DNA of 32,000 nucleotides from Planctopirus limnophila DSM 3776 (GTDB lineage: Bacteria; Planctomycetota; Planctomycetia; Planctomycetales; Planctomycetaceae): NCBI RefSeq assembly GCF_000092105.1, contig NC_014148.1:1260001-1292000 (forward strand). The letters run 5' to 3'. A model generated the notes under the pieces. It was given only the letters and a program-made list of their open reading frames with translations. It did not search any database and had not been told where the DNA came from. A program made the position numbers and the translations under genes. This document shows positions 7,819-15,310 of the stretch, piece by piece (positions within the stretch are counted from its first letter, which is position 1; every line of letters starts with the position of its first letter).

Positions 7819-9917
7819 TGCGGCGCTGGCAGTTTTACTTACGACTCGGCTGGCTTGATCTGGTTCGCTTGTGGCCGACAACTAGGCATCACGCCATCAT
7901 TGTCGCCGGAATCTGCCTGCCGATTCTCATGTTGCTGGGAATCAAACGCGGGCATGTAGCCGAATTGCGTCGCGATCTCGTGACCAGTCCGATCGGACGG
8001 CAGGTCACCTTCTGGTCGGCTCGCAAGGGCGAGCTGATGGATCGTACTGCCGTTGCCCGTCTCAGTAGTGAGCTGCCATCAGTCGAAGTCATCATTCCCG
8101 AAATTCAGCGTGTCGTCAGATTATCTCGGACTGAGTCGATCTCTTCCGCTTCATCGCCAAACGAGGAAATGGGCATTTCCGCCACACTCTATGCCACCCG
8201 CCCGGGCGATCCGATGCTGGCTCAACTCGGGATAGCAGCACCTGCGGCAGGTGAGCGCTCGATTGTGCTGGGAGAAGGACTGGCCCGGCGGCTGCAAGTC
8301 GGCGCAGGTCAACAGGTCGATCTCCATCTGACGCGCGGTCGCGATCATCAGGAAGAACAAGTCTCACTGACCTGTACCATCCTGGCTGTGATGCCCACCG
8401 AGCAACAGGATGCCGCCATCGGCTACCTCGACCTCGACCTGCTCGACGCCTGCGAGCAGTTCGTGCGCGGTCAACGGGTGGAGTCCTTGAACTGGCCCAG
8501 CGCCCGCACTCCGGCACGCGACGGCTATTCGAGCTACCTCATCTTCTGCGAACGCGAGAACGACCTGACAGAAGACGATCGCAAGTTTCTCGCCGATCGA
8601 GGCTTCTTATTGACAGATCGAACGGCTGAACCACCCACTCCGCTCGACAGGTTGCTCGCACCCGGCTCGCGAGAAGAGCTGCGGATCTATGAAGCTGCGA
8701 CGACTCAAACCAGCCAGCGCCCAGAACCGCGTCTATTCTTTGCACCATCTGAACTCAGTGAACAGACGACTGCCGACGATGTCATCCTCCCTTGGAACCC
8801 ACCCGCCAGTGCCGAACACGAAGGTCGCCCATGGATATTAGCCGGTCTCTCTCTGCCACGAAGAACATGGCTGCGTGAGTACTTCGTTCAGGCCGATTTG
8901 CCCTTCGATTACGATGCCGAACCGTTTCAGGCGCGGACACTCGCACCGCTGGAACCGATCTCGCTGGTCTGCCTGCTCGACGCGAAGCAACGTCTCGCCA
9001 TTCCCTGCGTTGGTAGAAATAGCTCTTCTTCGGAAACACTCACATCACCCGCTGAGTCTCCCTCGGACGCATCACCTCCCGGCGATTCCTCAACCGAACC
9101 AATCGCTCCCGCCAGTGACCTGAATCCTGCCAGTGCCCTCGCTCCCGCCAGTGCTCTCGCTCCCGCCAGTGCTCTCGCTCCCGCCAGTGCCCTCACTCCC
9201 GACAATATCACGACAAACAATCGCCAGGCCTCTCCCGGTTTACCCGACATTGCCATCGTACCAGCGAACCTTACCGCGTGGCTCGCGGCTTATCGCGCCA
9301 GCATGGCCGTCTACGACCCGACGATTCAACTCTTTGTACCGTTGCCACAGTCACCTGTGTACGACCGCGCCCGGCTTTACGCCCGCACCATCGACGATGT
9401 CCCCGCCGTGGTCTCGGCGCTCTCGAACCAGCAGTTTGCCGTCATGTCCGAGACAGGCCGCATTGCCGAGATTCATCGCCAGGACCGTTCCCTGCAACTG
9501 CTGGTGTGGGTGGTCGGCATTGGAGTCTTCCTGTTCGGCATCGTGACTGTCGTCAGCGTGTTGATGGATTCGACCGACCGCAAGCGAGGCACAATCGGCA
9601 TTCTGCGTGTGATGGGTGTCTCACCTTGCGGCATCTTTGTGTCGATCCTGCTCCGATCAGCCATGATCGGTCTCTTCGCTGCCGCCTTAAGTCTGGCCTG
9701 TGGCGTGGGATTGGCCATAGCTCTTGAATGGCAACCCGCTTCGACAGCCCACTGGTTGAGCTGGAAACCGGTCGTCCATATTGAGTTGCATCCCTGGGAC
9801 ATGGCCATTGTCGCAGCCGGTGCATTGCTCTGTTGTGGCCTTGGTTCGCTTCCTCCCGCGTGGCGAGCCAGCCGTCTCGATCCATTCGATGCCATCGTCG
9901 AAGGTCGCTTTCGTTGA
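7815..9917 (+). CDS. ABC transporter permease, FtsX/MacB-type, with a very large periplasmic domain
   Basis: There is 4-bp start/stop overlap with the ATPase gene. One N-terminal TM helix (AIIVAGICLPILMLLGI) is followed by an extracytoplasmic region of about 470 aa. The C-terminus is a three-TM FtsX-type bundle (LLVWVVGIGVFLFGIVTVVSVL..RKRGTIGILRVMGVS..LLRSAMIGLFAAAL..). Confidence 0.88.
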   Translation: MMRRWQFYLRLGWLDLVRLWPTTRHHAIIVAGICLPILMLLGIKRGHVAELRRDLVTSPIGRQVTFWSARKGELMDRTAVARLSSELPSVEVIIPEIQRVVRLSRTESISSASSPNEEMGISATLYATRPGDPMLAQLGIAAPAAGERSIVLGEGLARRLQVGAGQQVDLHLTRGRDHQEEQVSLTCTILAVMPTEQQDAAIGYLDLDLLDACEQFVRGQRVESLNWPSARTPARDGYSSYLIFCERENDLTEDDRKFLADRGFLLTDRTAEPPTPLDRLLAPGSREELRIYEAATTQTSQRPEPRLFFAPSELSEQTTADDVILPWNPPASAEHEGRPWILAGLSLPRRTWLREYFVQADLPFDYDAEPFQARTLAPLEPISLVCLLDAKQRLAIPCVGRNSSSSETLTSPAESPSDASPPGDSSTEPIAPASDLNPASALAPASALAPASALAPASALTPDNITTNNRQASPGLPDIAIVPANLTAWLAAYRASMAVYDPTIQLFVPLPQSPVYDRARLYARTIDDVPAVVSALSNQQFAVMSETGRIAEIHRQDRSLQLLVWVVGIGVFLFGIVTVVSVLMDSTDRKRGTIGILRVMGVSPCGIFVSILLRSAMIGLFAAALSLACGVGLAIALEWQPASTAHWLSWKPVVHIELHPWDMAIVAAGALLCCGLGSLPPAWRASRLDPFDAIVEGRFR
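9129..9200 (+). repeat. In-frame 18-bp tandem repeat x4 (GCCAGTGCYCTCRCTCCC) encoding (PASALA)n
   Basis: Four consecutive units lie at 9129, 9147, 9165 and 9183, with a partial unit just upstream. They fall inside the periplasmic domain of the FtsX-type permease. Confidence 0.9.
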
Positions 9918-9977
9918 CCATGCCCTGCCATCTGAACCCGACCTGTTTTTAACGTCTTTGTCACCATAGGCTCATTC

Positions 9978-11525
9978 ATGCACTCCAAAAATCGACGACT
10001 GCAAACAGGACCATTGTTACTCCTGTTCTTGGCCCTGGCAGGATGGGGAATGCCTCGAACCGTCGCTCATGCCGCACCACCGGGCGAACTGTTCGAGTTG
10101 CCATTAATAGGGACCGCACCTGCTCAGACGTTGCGATTTCGCTTTTGCCCCGCCGGAACAATTCGGCCAGGCCAACCGACACGCGACGCTTCAGGCAGCT
10201 CCGCCAACGCGCTGCCCCCCATTTCCCTCCGTGAATTTTATCTGGGTGAGACAGAGGTCACGCTGGCTCAGTTCCGCGCAGTCCTGGGTGCACCGGGAAT
10301 GGCAGTCCTCAAGAAGGAAGCAGCGAAGTTTCAGGCCATGAACCCCCAGCTGTTCGATCTCATCCAACAGGGTGAATCGGAACCAGCCTTCTATGTCGGG
10401 CTGGAGGGTGCCGTTCAGTTCTGCCTTCGCGTACAAGCCGGCATCGACGAAGAGCGGATGAAACAGGCCGCACCGTCAATCGAAGCTCGACGGATCAGGT
10501 TGCCGTCGCATGTCGAATGGCAGTATGCCGCCCGGGCCATTGCCGACGCGGGTCAACAGTCGCGGTTACCTCACTTCAATCGCAATATCCCTTTCGCCCA
10601 GTTGTCTGCCGGTACGCAGGAAAAGTGCCGCGAAGTCTGGTCAAAACTGGGACGGACCGATCCCTTTGTTGGCTCGCAGGAACAGCTGCTTGGTCTCACA
10701 GCAGCAGTCGGACAGGAAGAGCAGGCCAAGGTCAAAGACATTCTGGCCGAGTGGTTCACGAAACTGCTGGGTGTCCCTGCTCGTAACGCCAGTGGATTGG
10801 GCGCCATCAGGCCTGTGGCCCAGGCTCAGGCCAATGCCTGGAACATTCACGATAGCCACGACAATCTGACCGAATGGGTGATCTGGGCAACAACTTCGGA
10901 TCGACGCGATGAACTTTGGCAATCGCTCGCCTCCAAAGTCGCGACCGGAGCTTCGCTGGATGGCCAGGGCGATCTCTTCCTCGCGGGTGGTTTCTTCGCT
11001 GAGCCCTATCACGGAGAGAACATTCTCTCCCATTTCACCCTGTGGGGCGGCCCGAAACTGACCGAGGGGGCACCACAGCCATTCGAATATGAATCCGGTT
11101 TGGTCGGAGAGTTTTCTCCAGGCTTTCGCGTGTTGATGGAGCGGAAAATTGCCTCAGACTGGCTGTTTGCCCTGCGACGAGGACTCTACGCTCAAGGCCA
11201 ATGGCAACCGTCGGCCCGAACTTACCTCGACGAGAGTCAGCGATTGTTGGATGAACTCGCCGACGCCAATCATCCCGGCATCGCAACCATCGAGTTTTAT
11301 CGCACTCTTCAAACGCTCGATTCAGGCGGGAAATCACGTGCCGCAAAGATGTTCGATCGTCTCGCCCAGGCGAAACCCGAAGCTCCAGCACGAGCAAAAC
11401 CCAACTACGCTGCGCTACTGGACGACACCCCCTCACCCGCTGCAACCGTCGAAGCCACTCCCGTCAACGACGACGCCCTCTTCTGGCAGACACTGTCGAT
11501 GGCTCAATCAGCCCGTCCCAATTAA
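9978..11525 (+). CDS. Exported FGE-sulfatase (SUMF1)-fold protein, divergent and probably non-catalytic
   Basis: Signal peptide LLLLFLALAGWGMPRTVAHA|A. FGE-family landmarks are present (FYLGETEVTLAQFRAVLG; RLPSHVEWQYAARA; NAWNIHDSHDNLTEWV; FSPGFRVLMER). There is a roughly 100-aa insertion and no CxxxxC catalytic pair. The C-terminal extension is low-complexity and helical. Confidence 0.8.
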   Translation: MHSKNRRLQTGPLLLLFLALAGWGMPRTVAHAAPPGELFELPLIGTAPAQTLRFRFCPAGTIRPGQPTRDASGSSANALPPISLREFYLGETEVTLAQFRAVLGAPGMAVLKKEAAKFQAMNPQLFDLIQQGESEPAFYVGLEGAVQFCLRVQAGIDEERMKQAAPSIEARRIRLPSHVEWQYAARAIADAGQQSRLPHFNRNIPFAQLSAGTQEKCREVWSKLGRTDPFVGSQEQLLGLTAAVGQEEQAKVKDILAEWFTKLLGVPARNASGLGAIRPVAQAQANAWNIHDSHDNLTEWVIWATTSDRRDELWQSLASKVATGASLDGQGDLFLAGGFFAEPYHGENILSHFTLWGGPKLTEGAPQPFEYESGLVGEFSPGFRVLMERKIASDWLFALRRGLYAQGQWQPSARTYLDESQRLLDELADANHPGIATIEFYRTLQTLDSGGKSRAAKMFDRLAQAKPEAPARAKPNYAALLDDTPSPAATVEATPVNDDALFWQTLSMAQSARPN

Positions 11526-11604
11526 CGGAATGTTTTATCGTCCCGTCAGCCCGTTGCACCACCCGCCGTATCACCCCGGTTACCAAAGAAATCAAAGAAG
11601 ACAG

Positions 11605-11636
11605 GGTGGCCCAGACGTCGCCTTGCACGTCTGGGT
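11605..11636 (+). repeat. 32-nt hairpin repeat GGTGGCCCAGACGT(C/G)GCCTTGCACGTCTGGGT, copy 1
   Basis: Perfect 9-bp stem CCCAGACGT/ACGTCTGGG (11610-11618 and 11627-11635). It lies about 85 nt after the stop of the 9978-11525 gene. It is 31/32 identical to the copy at 12976-13007. Confidence 0.85.
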
Positions 11637-11941
11637 ATACACACAGGAGCATTACGTGATTAGTCAGGCAGCATGCAACCGGTTATGAGTACTATATGTT
11701 ATTAAATTGGCAATTGTAATGACATTTTGGCATGCAGACTGAGTTCACGAGAATCTAACTTCGATTTTATATCGATTTGAGTTGAATGCGTGTGGAGTTC
11801 CGAAGTTAACGCGATTAGACAGAAAACGTCGGCAGATCGTGATAGCAACCTGGCGAGTATCTTGGATTTCTTGTGTGGTCCTAAATGATGCACTGGATTT
11901 TGATAGCTAGTATCGGAACGATGCTCAATGAGATATTGATC

Positions 11942-11969
11942 TTGTTCAGGCTCTCTTGTCTTTTATAAT
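11942..11969 (+). promoter_or_regulatory. Sigma70-like promoter candidate for the FGE paralogue (TTGTTC-N16-TATAAT)
   Basis: TTGTTC at 11942-11947 and TATAAT at 11964-11969 sit in an AT-rich leader about 35 nt upstream of the preferred ATG (12004). I do not know the promoter consensus for this phylum well. Confidence 0.25.
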
Positions 11970-12003
11970 AGTATTGATTTACAGCTTCACGATGAGGTGT
12001 GGT

Positions 12004-12900
12004 ATGAGCGAACGACAGTTTTATCTCTGGAATAGTGTGATTCTTGCCAATCTGATCTTTAGTGTGGTGTTAGTCGCTCCAGTGGACGCACAGACGTTGA
12101 CCACACCTTCCTCCCTTGAGTCCCCGTTCACAGCTGATGGAGCCAAAGCCGGTCAGGAGGCATGGGCCAAGCATCTGGGGAAGTCTGTTGTTGAGAAAAA
12201 TACAATCGGCATGGATCTGGTGTTGATTCCCCCAGGTAAATTTCGCTTGGGAAGTCCCCCCGGTGAAAATGGTCGTGATACCGACGAAAAACAGGTCGAC
12301 GTAACGCTCACCCAGCCCTTCCGGCTGGGCCGCACGGAAGTGACCCTGGGACAGTGGAGGCAGGTGATGGGAACCATTCCCTGGAACCGAGAAAACTTCA
12401 TCAAAAAAGGGCCAGACTATCCTGCGACATTTGTCAGCTGGGAGGATGCCCGGGCGTTTTGTGAGAAGTTGAGTCAGATAGAAGGCAAGACATATCTGTT
12501 ACCGACGGAAGCCCAGTGGGAGTGGAGTTGCCGGGGAGGCACGACAACCCGGTTCTCGATCCCCAATGAGAAGTATCTCACGGAATACGCATGGTTTAAT
12601 GATAATGCCGCCGACGAAAAGTATGCCCACCGCGTGGGCCTAAAGCGGCCCAATCCGTTTGGCCTGTCCGACATTCATGGGAACGCATGGGAATGGTGTC
12701 AGGATTGGTACGGAGAAAGATATTCCATAATTAGTTCGATCGACCCGTGTGGCCCATCGTCTGGGAGTGATCGTGTGATTCGCGGTGGGAGTTGGGACAG
12801 TATCACGAGGGGCATTCGCTCGGCTGAACGCGGCGGGGGCTCGCCAGACGCCGGGAGCTACCTCGTCGGTTTCCGTGTATCGAGGATTGAATTACCCTGA
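12004..12900 (+). CDS. Formylglycine-generating enzyme family (SUMF1/FGE-fold) protein, exported, lacking the catalytic Cys pair
   Basis: Canonical family motifs are present: MDLVLIPPGKFRLGSP, TEVTLGQWRQVMG, PATFVSWEDARAFCEKLS, LLPTEAQWEWSCRGG, NPFGLSDIHGNAWEWCQDWY, RVIRGGSW and GFRVSR. The track ORF starts at a TTG (11956). The ATG at 12004 is preferred because it follows GAGGTG and gives a clean signal peptide (LANLIFSVVLVAPVDA|Q). The ATG at 11992 is also possible. Confidence 0.9.
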   Translation: MSERQFYLWNSVILANLIFSVVLVAPVDAQTLTTPSSLESPFTADGAKAGQEAWAKHLGKSVVEKNTIGMDLVLIPPGKFRLGSPPGENGRDTDEKQVDVTLTQPFRLGRTEVTLGQWRQVMGTIPWNRENFIKKGPDYPATFVSWEDARAFCEKLSQIEGKTYLLPTEAQWEWSCRGGTTTRFSIPNEKYLTEYAWFNDNAADEKYAHRVGLKRPNPFGLSDIHGNAWEWCQDWYGERYSIISSIDPCGPSSGSDRVIRGGSWDSITRGIRSAERGGGSPDAGSYLVGFRVSRIELP

Positions 12901-12975
12901 GCCGCTTAAACCTTTTAACTTTTGAACTTTTTCTGGATTGCTGTTTTTGACTTGATAAATCCTGCCTTCGCGTGG

Positions 12976-13197
12976 GGTGGCCCAGACGTGGCCTTGCACG
13001 TCTGGGTGACGACAGTCACAAGAAACACTCTCCAAGCAGTTCAGCCACCTCACCAACTCCTCGATCACTTCAATCCCTACCCCTGATTTCCACCGGCCAG
13101 TATCATTGGTCGATGTGTCTCGATCGAGATTGATGGCCACCCAACACGCTTTTAAAGGCACAGCTGTGCCTGCCAATTCTGCCAACCCCTCGTATCC
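12976..13197 (+). repeat. Composite intergenic element, copy D (hairpin type 2 plus conserved body)
   Basis: It starts with the CCCAGACGT...ACGTCTGGG hairpin. It then shares these blocks with copies at 13767 and 15311: CAGCCACCTCACCAACTCCTCGATCACTTCAATCC, GGTCGATGTGTCTCGATCGAGATTGATGGC (with the perfect 12-bp palindrome TCTCGATCGAGA at 13118-13129) and CAATTCTGCCAAC. Confidence 0.8.
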
Positions 13198-13203
13198 AAA
13201 AAA

Positions 13204-13725
13204 CTACTTGGCGGGTGAATCCAATTGACGAATTCGTTCCAGGATGCGCAGCGGTTGCTCGCGACCGAATTCTTTTGGTGCATTGAATGCGGCAAACTTG
13301 CAAAACCGGACAAAAGCGGCCCGTTGAGCTGTGTTGTAAAGTTTCGCAAAGGAAATGTCGTCTCCTCTTGATCCGCGAATCAATCCCGAGAGGTCGAAGA
13401 GAAAAGCGTCATACATCAATCCATCTCGAATTCCCTCTTGAAGAACTGCGCGAAGGATCGCCGGCGAATAGAACTTTTTGGCAGCCGGGTTCATGAAGAA
13501 GACCGCATCTGTCCGGGCGAAGAGATGATCGACGGGCACACGGCGCCAGTCAGTCCGTTCAGCGGTCTTTGCCAAAGAGAGTTCGTGACAATCAAAACCG
13601 TAGCTCGCATGGAAGGCCGCTTCATACAATGTTGTTCCATCATGCAACTCGACCCCCGCGAACGCACCCTCGATGAAGCGGATCAGCCATTCCCGCAACG
13701 TCATCGACCGCGTCTCCATATCCAT
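13204..13725 (-). CDS. Hypothetical cytoplasmic protein (small immunity-like protein, family not identified)
   Basis: Only long ORF in this interval, with no signal peptide. The motif block VPVDHLFARTDAVFFMNPAAKKFYSPAILRAVL resembles small orphan immunity-type proteins, but this is an impression only. The track start at 13755 is GTG and lies 11 nt from the repeat hairpin. In-frame ATGs at 13725, 13719 and 13704 are more plausible, so the start is uncertain. Confidence 0.6.
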   Translation of the reverse strand: MDMETRSMTLREWLIRFIEGAFAGVELHDGTTLYEAAFHASYGFDCHELSLAKTAERTDWRRVPVDHLFARTDAVFFMNPAAKKFYSPAILRAVLQEGIRDGLMYDAFLFDLSGLIRGSRGDDISFAKLYNTAQRAAFVRFCKFAAFNAPKEFGREQPLRILERIRQLDSPAK

Positions 13726-13766
13726 CTTTCTGCGTTCAGCGCCAAAGTAAAACACTCACGCCCCGG

Positions 13767-13960
13767 GTGCCACTGCTGGCTTGCCAGCAGTGCTCCTCTG
13801 ATCCTCCAGCCAACTCAATTACATCTCCTATCTGACAATCTCCCACTCACTAGCTGCCACCAGCCATCTCAACTGGTCGATGTGTCTCGGTCAAGATTGA
13901 TGGCTTCTCTTCACGGTTCCTGAAACTACTGCGGGACCAGCCAGTTGCTTCACCCGCCGC
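13767..13960 (+). repeat. Composite intergenic element, copy A (hairpin type 1 plus conserved body)
   Basis: GTGCCACTGCTGGCTTGCCAGCAGTGCTCCT carries a perfect 10-bp stem, CACTGCTGGC (13771-13780) / GCCAGCAGTG (13783-13792). It is followed by ..GATCCTCCAGCCAACTCA.., CAGCCATCTCAACTGGTCGATGTGTCTCGGTCAAGATTGATGGC and ..CCAGCCAGTTGCTTCACC. Confidence 0.8.
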
Positions 13961-14010
13961 CAAGGTGACAACCCGATAATCAGTTCAGCACATTTATTCA
14001 TCATATCGAA

Positions 14011-14883
14011 TCAGGGGTCGGTGCGATCAAAATATGCCGTACTAAATCGAAAGCGAGGCGATCCCGTCGCAATCTCAAATCCCTCAATATATGTTGCGTC
14101 ACATGTCGCACCATAACTGGCGACAACACCGTCCGAAACACTGATCCCGGCAAGGTGAATACCAGAAATGCCAGATGCCCCGGCCAGTGAACTACACCAA
14201 ACTTCCTGCCGCCATACCAATTTCTTTGAATCAATATCAAAGCAAAAGATGCTGTAGGGAAATGCCCACGTACCGGCAACTGCCACAAAACATTTCGGCC
14301 CCTCTTTTGCAACAGCGAGAGTAAAAATTCCTGCTGCAGGGTTTACTTCACTCAAGTCCAAGGGCACAGTCATACCTTTCATTTGAACGAAAAGTTGATG
14401 CCCGACTTTTTCAACCGTGGTGTCAAGTGGATGGAAAAATCGACCGGTTCTCTGCCACCCGATTCTGGCAAGTTTCGCCGCACCTGCTTCTGTCTCAAGA
14501 TTTAACCTGTCCGAGAAGGAGCGGCCCCACCAATCTGGGAGAACGCAATGAAGTCGACCTTGTACGAAGCCTGAAAATGTAGATCCGCCGACGACTGACC
14601 CAATGAGATCCCTTGAGTTGCCATGACGTCGGCAGAGCTTCTCCCATCGAGCAAACAACTGTGCAGAAATGTCATCAGACGCTTCAAGATCATTTAATTC
14701 ATCCACACTGGACGATAACAGTACCTTGCTGGCTGCGTCAGGAAACGTGTCCCAATCGTTTTCTCCGATCGCCTTTGGGAATTGTGGCAACTCCTTGTCA
14801 CTGCAGACGGCTTTATTGCTAATACACGTCGCCGCAACAGAGATAAGGAGTATATACAGGATTGTATTACACGCTGATCTCAT
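14011..14883 (-). CDS. Hypothetical secreted protein (no recognisable domain)
   Basis: The ATG is preceded by AAGGAAGAG. The N-terminal signal peptide reads ILYILLISVAATCISNKAVC. The beta-rich-looking C-terminal half has Gly/aromatic repeats. No motif was recognised. Confidence 0.7.
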   Translation of the reverse strand: MRSACNTILYILLISVAATCISNKAVCSDKELPQFPKAIGENDWDTFPDAASKVLLSSSVDELNDLEASDDISAQLFARWEKLCRRHGNSRDLIGSVVGGSTFSGFVQGRLHCVLPDWWGRSFSDRLNLETEAGAAKLARIGWQRTGRFFHPLDTTVEKVGHQLFVQMKGMTVPLDLSEVNPAAGIFTLAVAKEGPKCFVAVAGTWAFPYSIFCFDIDSKKLVWRQEVWCSSLAGASGISGIHLAGISVSDGVVASYGATCDATYIEGFEIATGSPRFRFSTAYFDRTDP

Positions 14884-14934
14884 TAACTCTTCCTTTCATG
14901 ATCGATCCCGCTTGCGAATGGAAACCCGCCCAGT

Positions 14935-15003
14935 GTGCCACTGCTGGCTTGCCAGCAGTGCTCCTCGGATCCTCTAACCAACTCATCCACCTCACCGATC
15001 AGG
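14935..15003 (+). repeat. Composite intergenic element, copy C (truncated: hairpin type 1 plus first conserved block only)
   Basis: GTGTGCCACTGCTGGCTTGCCAGCAGTGCTCCTCGGATCCTC is identical over about 42 nt to copy B. It continues ..CCACCTCACCGATCA, and similarity is then lost. Confidence 0.75.
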
Positions 15004-15027
15004 CGACAGGTGTATCACATTCGCCGG

Positions 15028-15258
15028 CTAATGTGACACAGTTGGCGTGAAAATAGCCGCAATCGCACCTAAAATTAATGCAACAAGCGACACAACAACA
15101 CATACCTTCAGAACTCTTCTCCAAAACATAGCTTTACAACCCTTTAAAGCACATTTTCGCAGCATGCTTCTACAAAGCGGGAAAGTTATAGTGTAAGTAG
15201 AGTCTCTGACCTGTTGAGAATCAATTCTAATCATGAGTTGCTGTGGTGATTCGGCCAT
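15028..15258 (-). CDS. Possible small tail-anchored membrane protein (76 aa)
   Basis: ATG ORF in an AT-rich spacer between two repeat copies. A C-terminal hydrophobic helix is present (VVVSLVALILGAIAAIF). No Shine-Dalgarno sequence was seen, so this may be spurious. Confidence 0.3.
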   Translation of the reverse strand: MAESPQQLMIRIDSQQVRDSTYTITFPLCRSMLRKCALKGCKAMFWRRVLKVCVVVSLVALILGAIAAIFTPTVSH

Positions 15259-15310
15259 TTTGTGGCTGGATTATCCTGCTCTAACACGACGACATGGCGA
15301 TGCACTCTGT

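Noticed and set aside
11691-11710. dif-like XerCD site (ACTATATGTTATTAAATTGG) near the strand-switch point
   Set aside because: Only the TATGTTA..AAAT portion loosely resembles the XerD arm of the E. coli dif consensus. There are extra bases and no recognisable XerC arm, and the match lies in generally AT-rich DNA, so it could be chance. A single gene-strand switch in 32 kb is not evidence of a replication terminus.
12004-12900. Calling the two FGE-family proteins true formylglycine-generating enzymes (sulfatase maturases)
   Set aside because: Both lack the paired catalytic cysteines found after the RGGS(W/F) block in bona fide FGEs. The region reads WDSITRGIRSAER in one and has no Cys in the other. 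No sulfatase gene is adjacent. They are annotated only at fold or family level.
13438-13923. ORFs running through the composite repeats and REP units: 13438-13923 +, 14669-14977 +, 15233-15739 +, 15262-15474 +, 12892-13185 -, 29240-29461 -, 11464-11652 -
   Set aside because: Their only conserved parts are translations of the repeat hairpins (HCWLASSAP, CATAGLPAVLLGSS, MVRTADPT, PDVQG.VWAT). Reading frames are not maintained between copies, they overlap better genes, and they lack ribosome-binding sites. They are treated as artefacts of repeated DNA.
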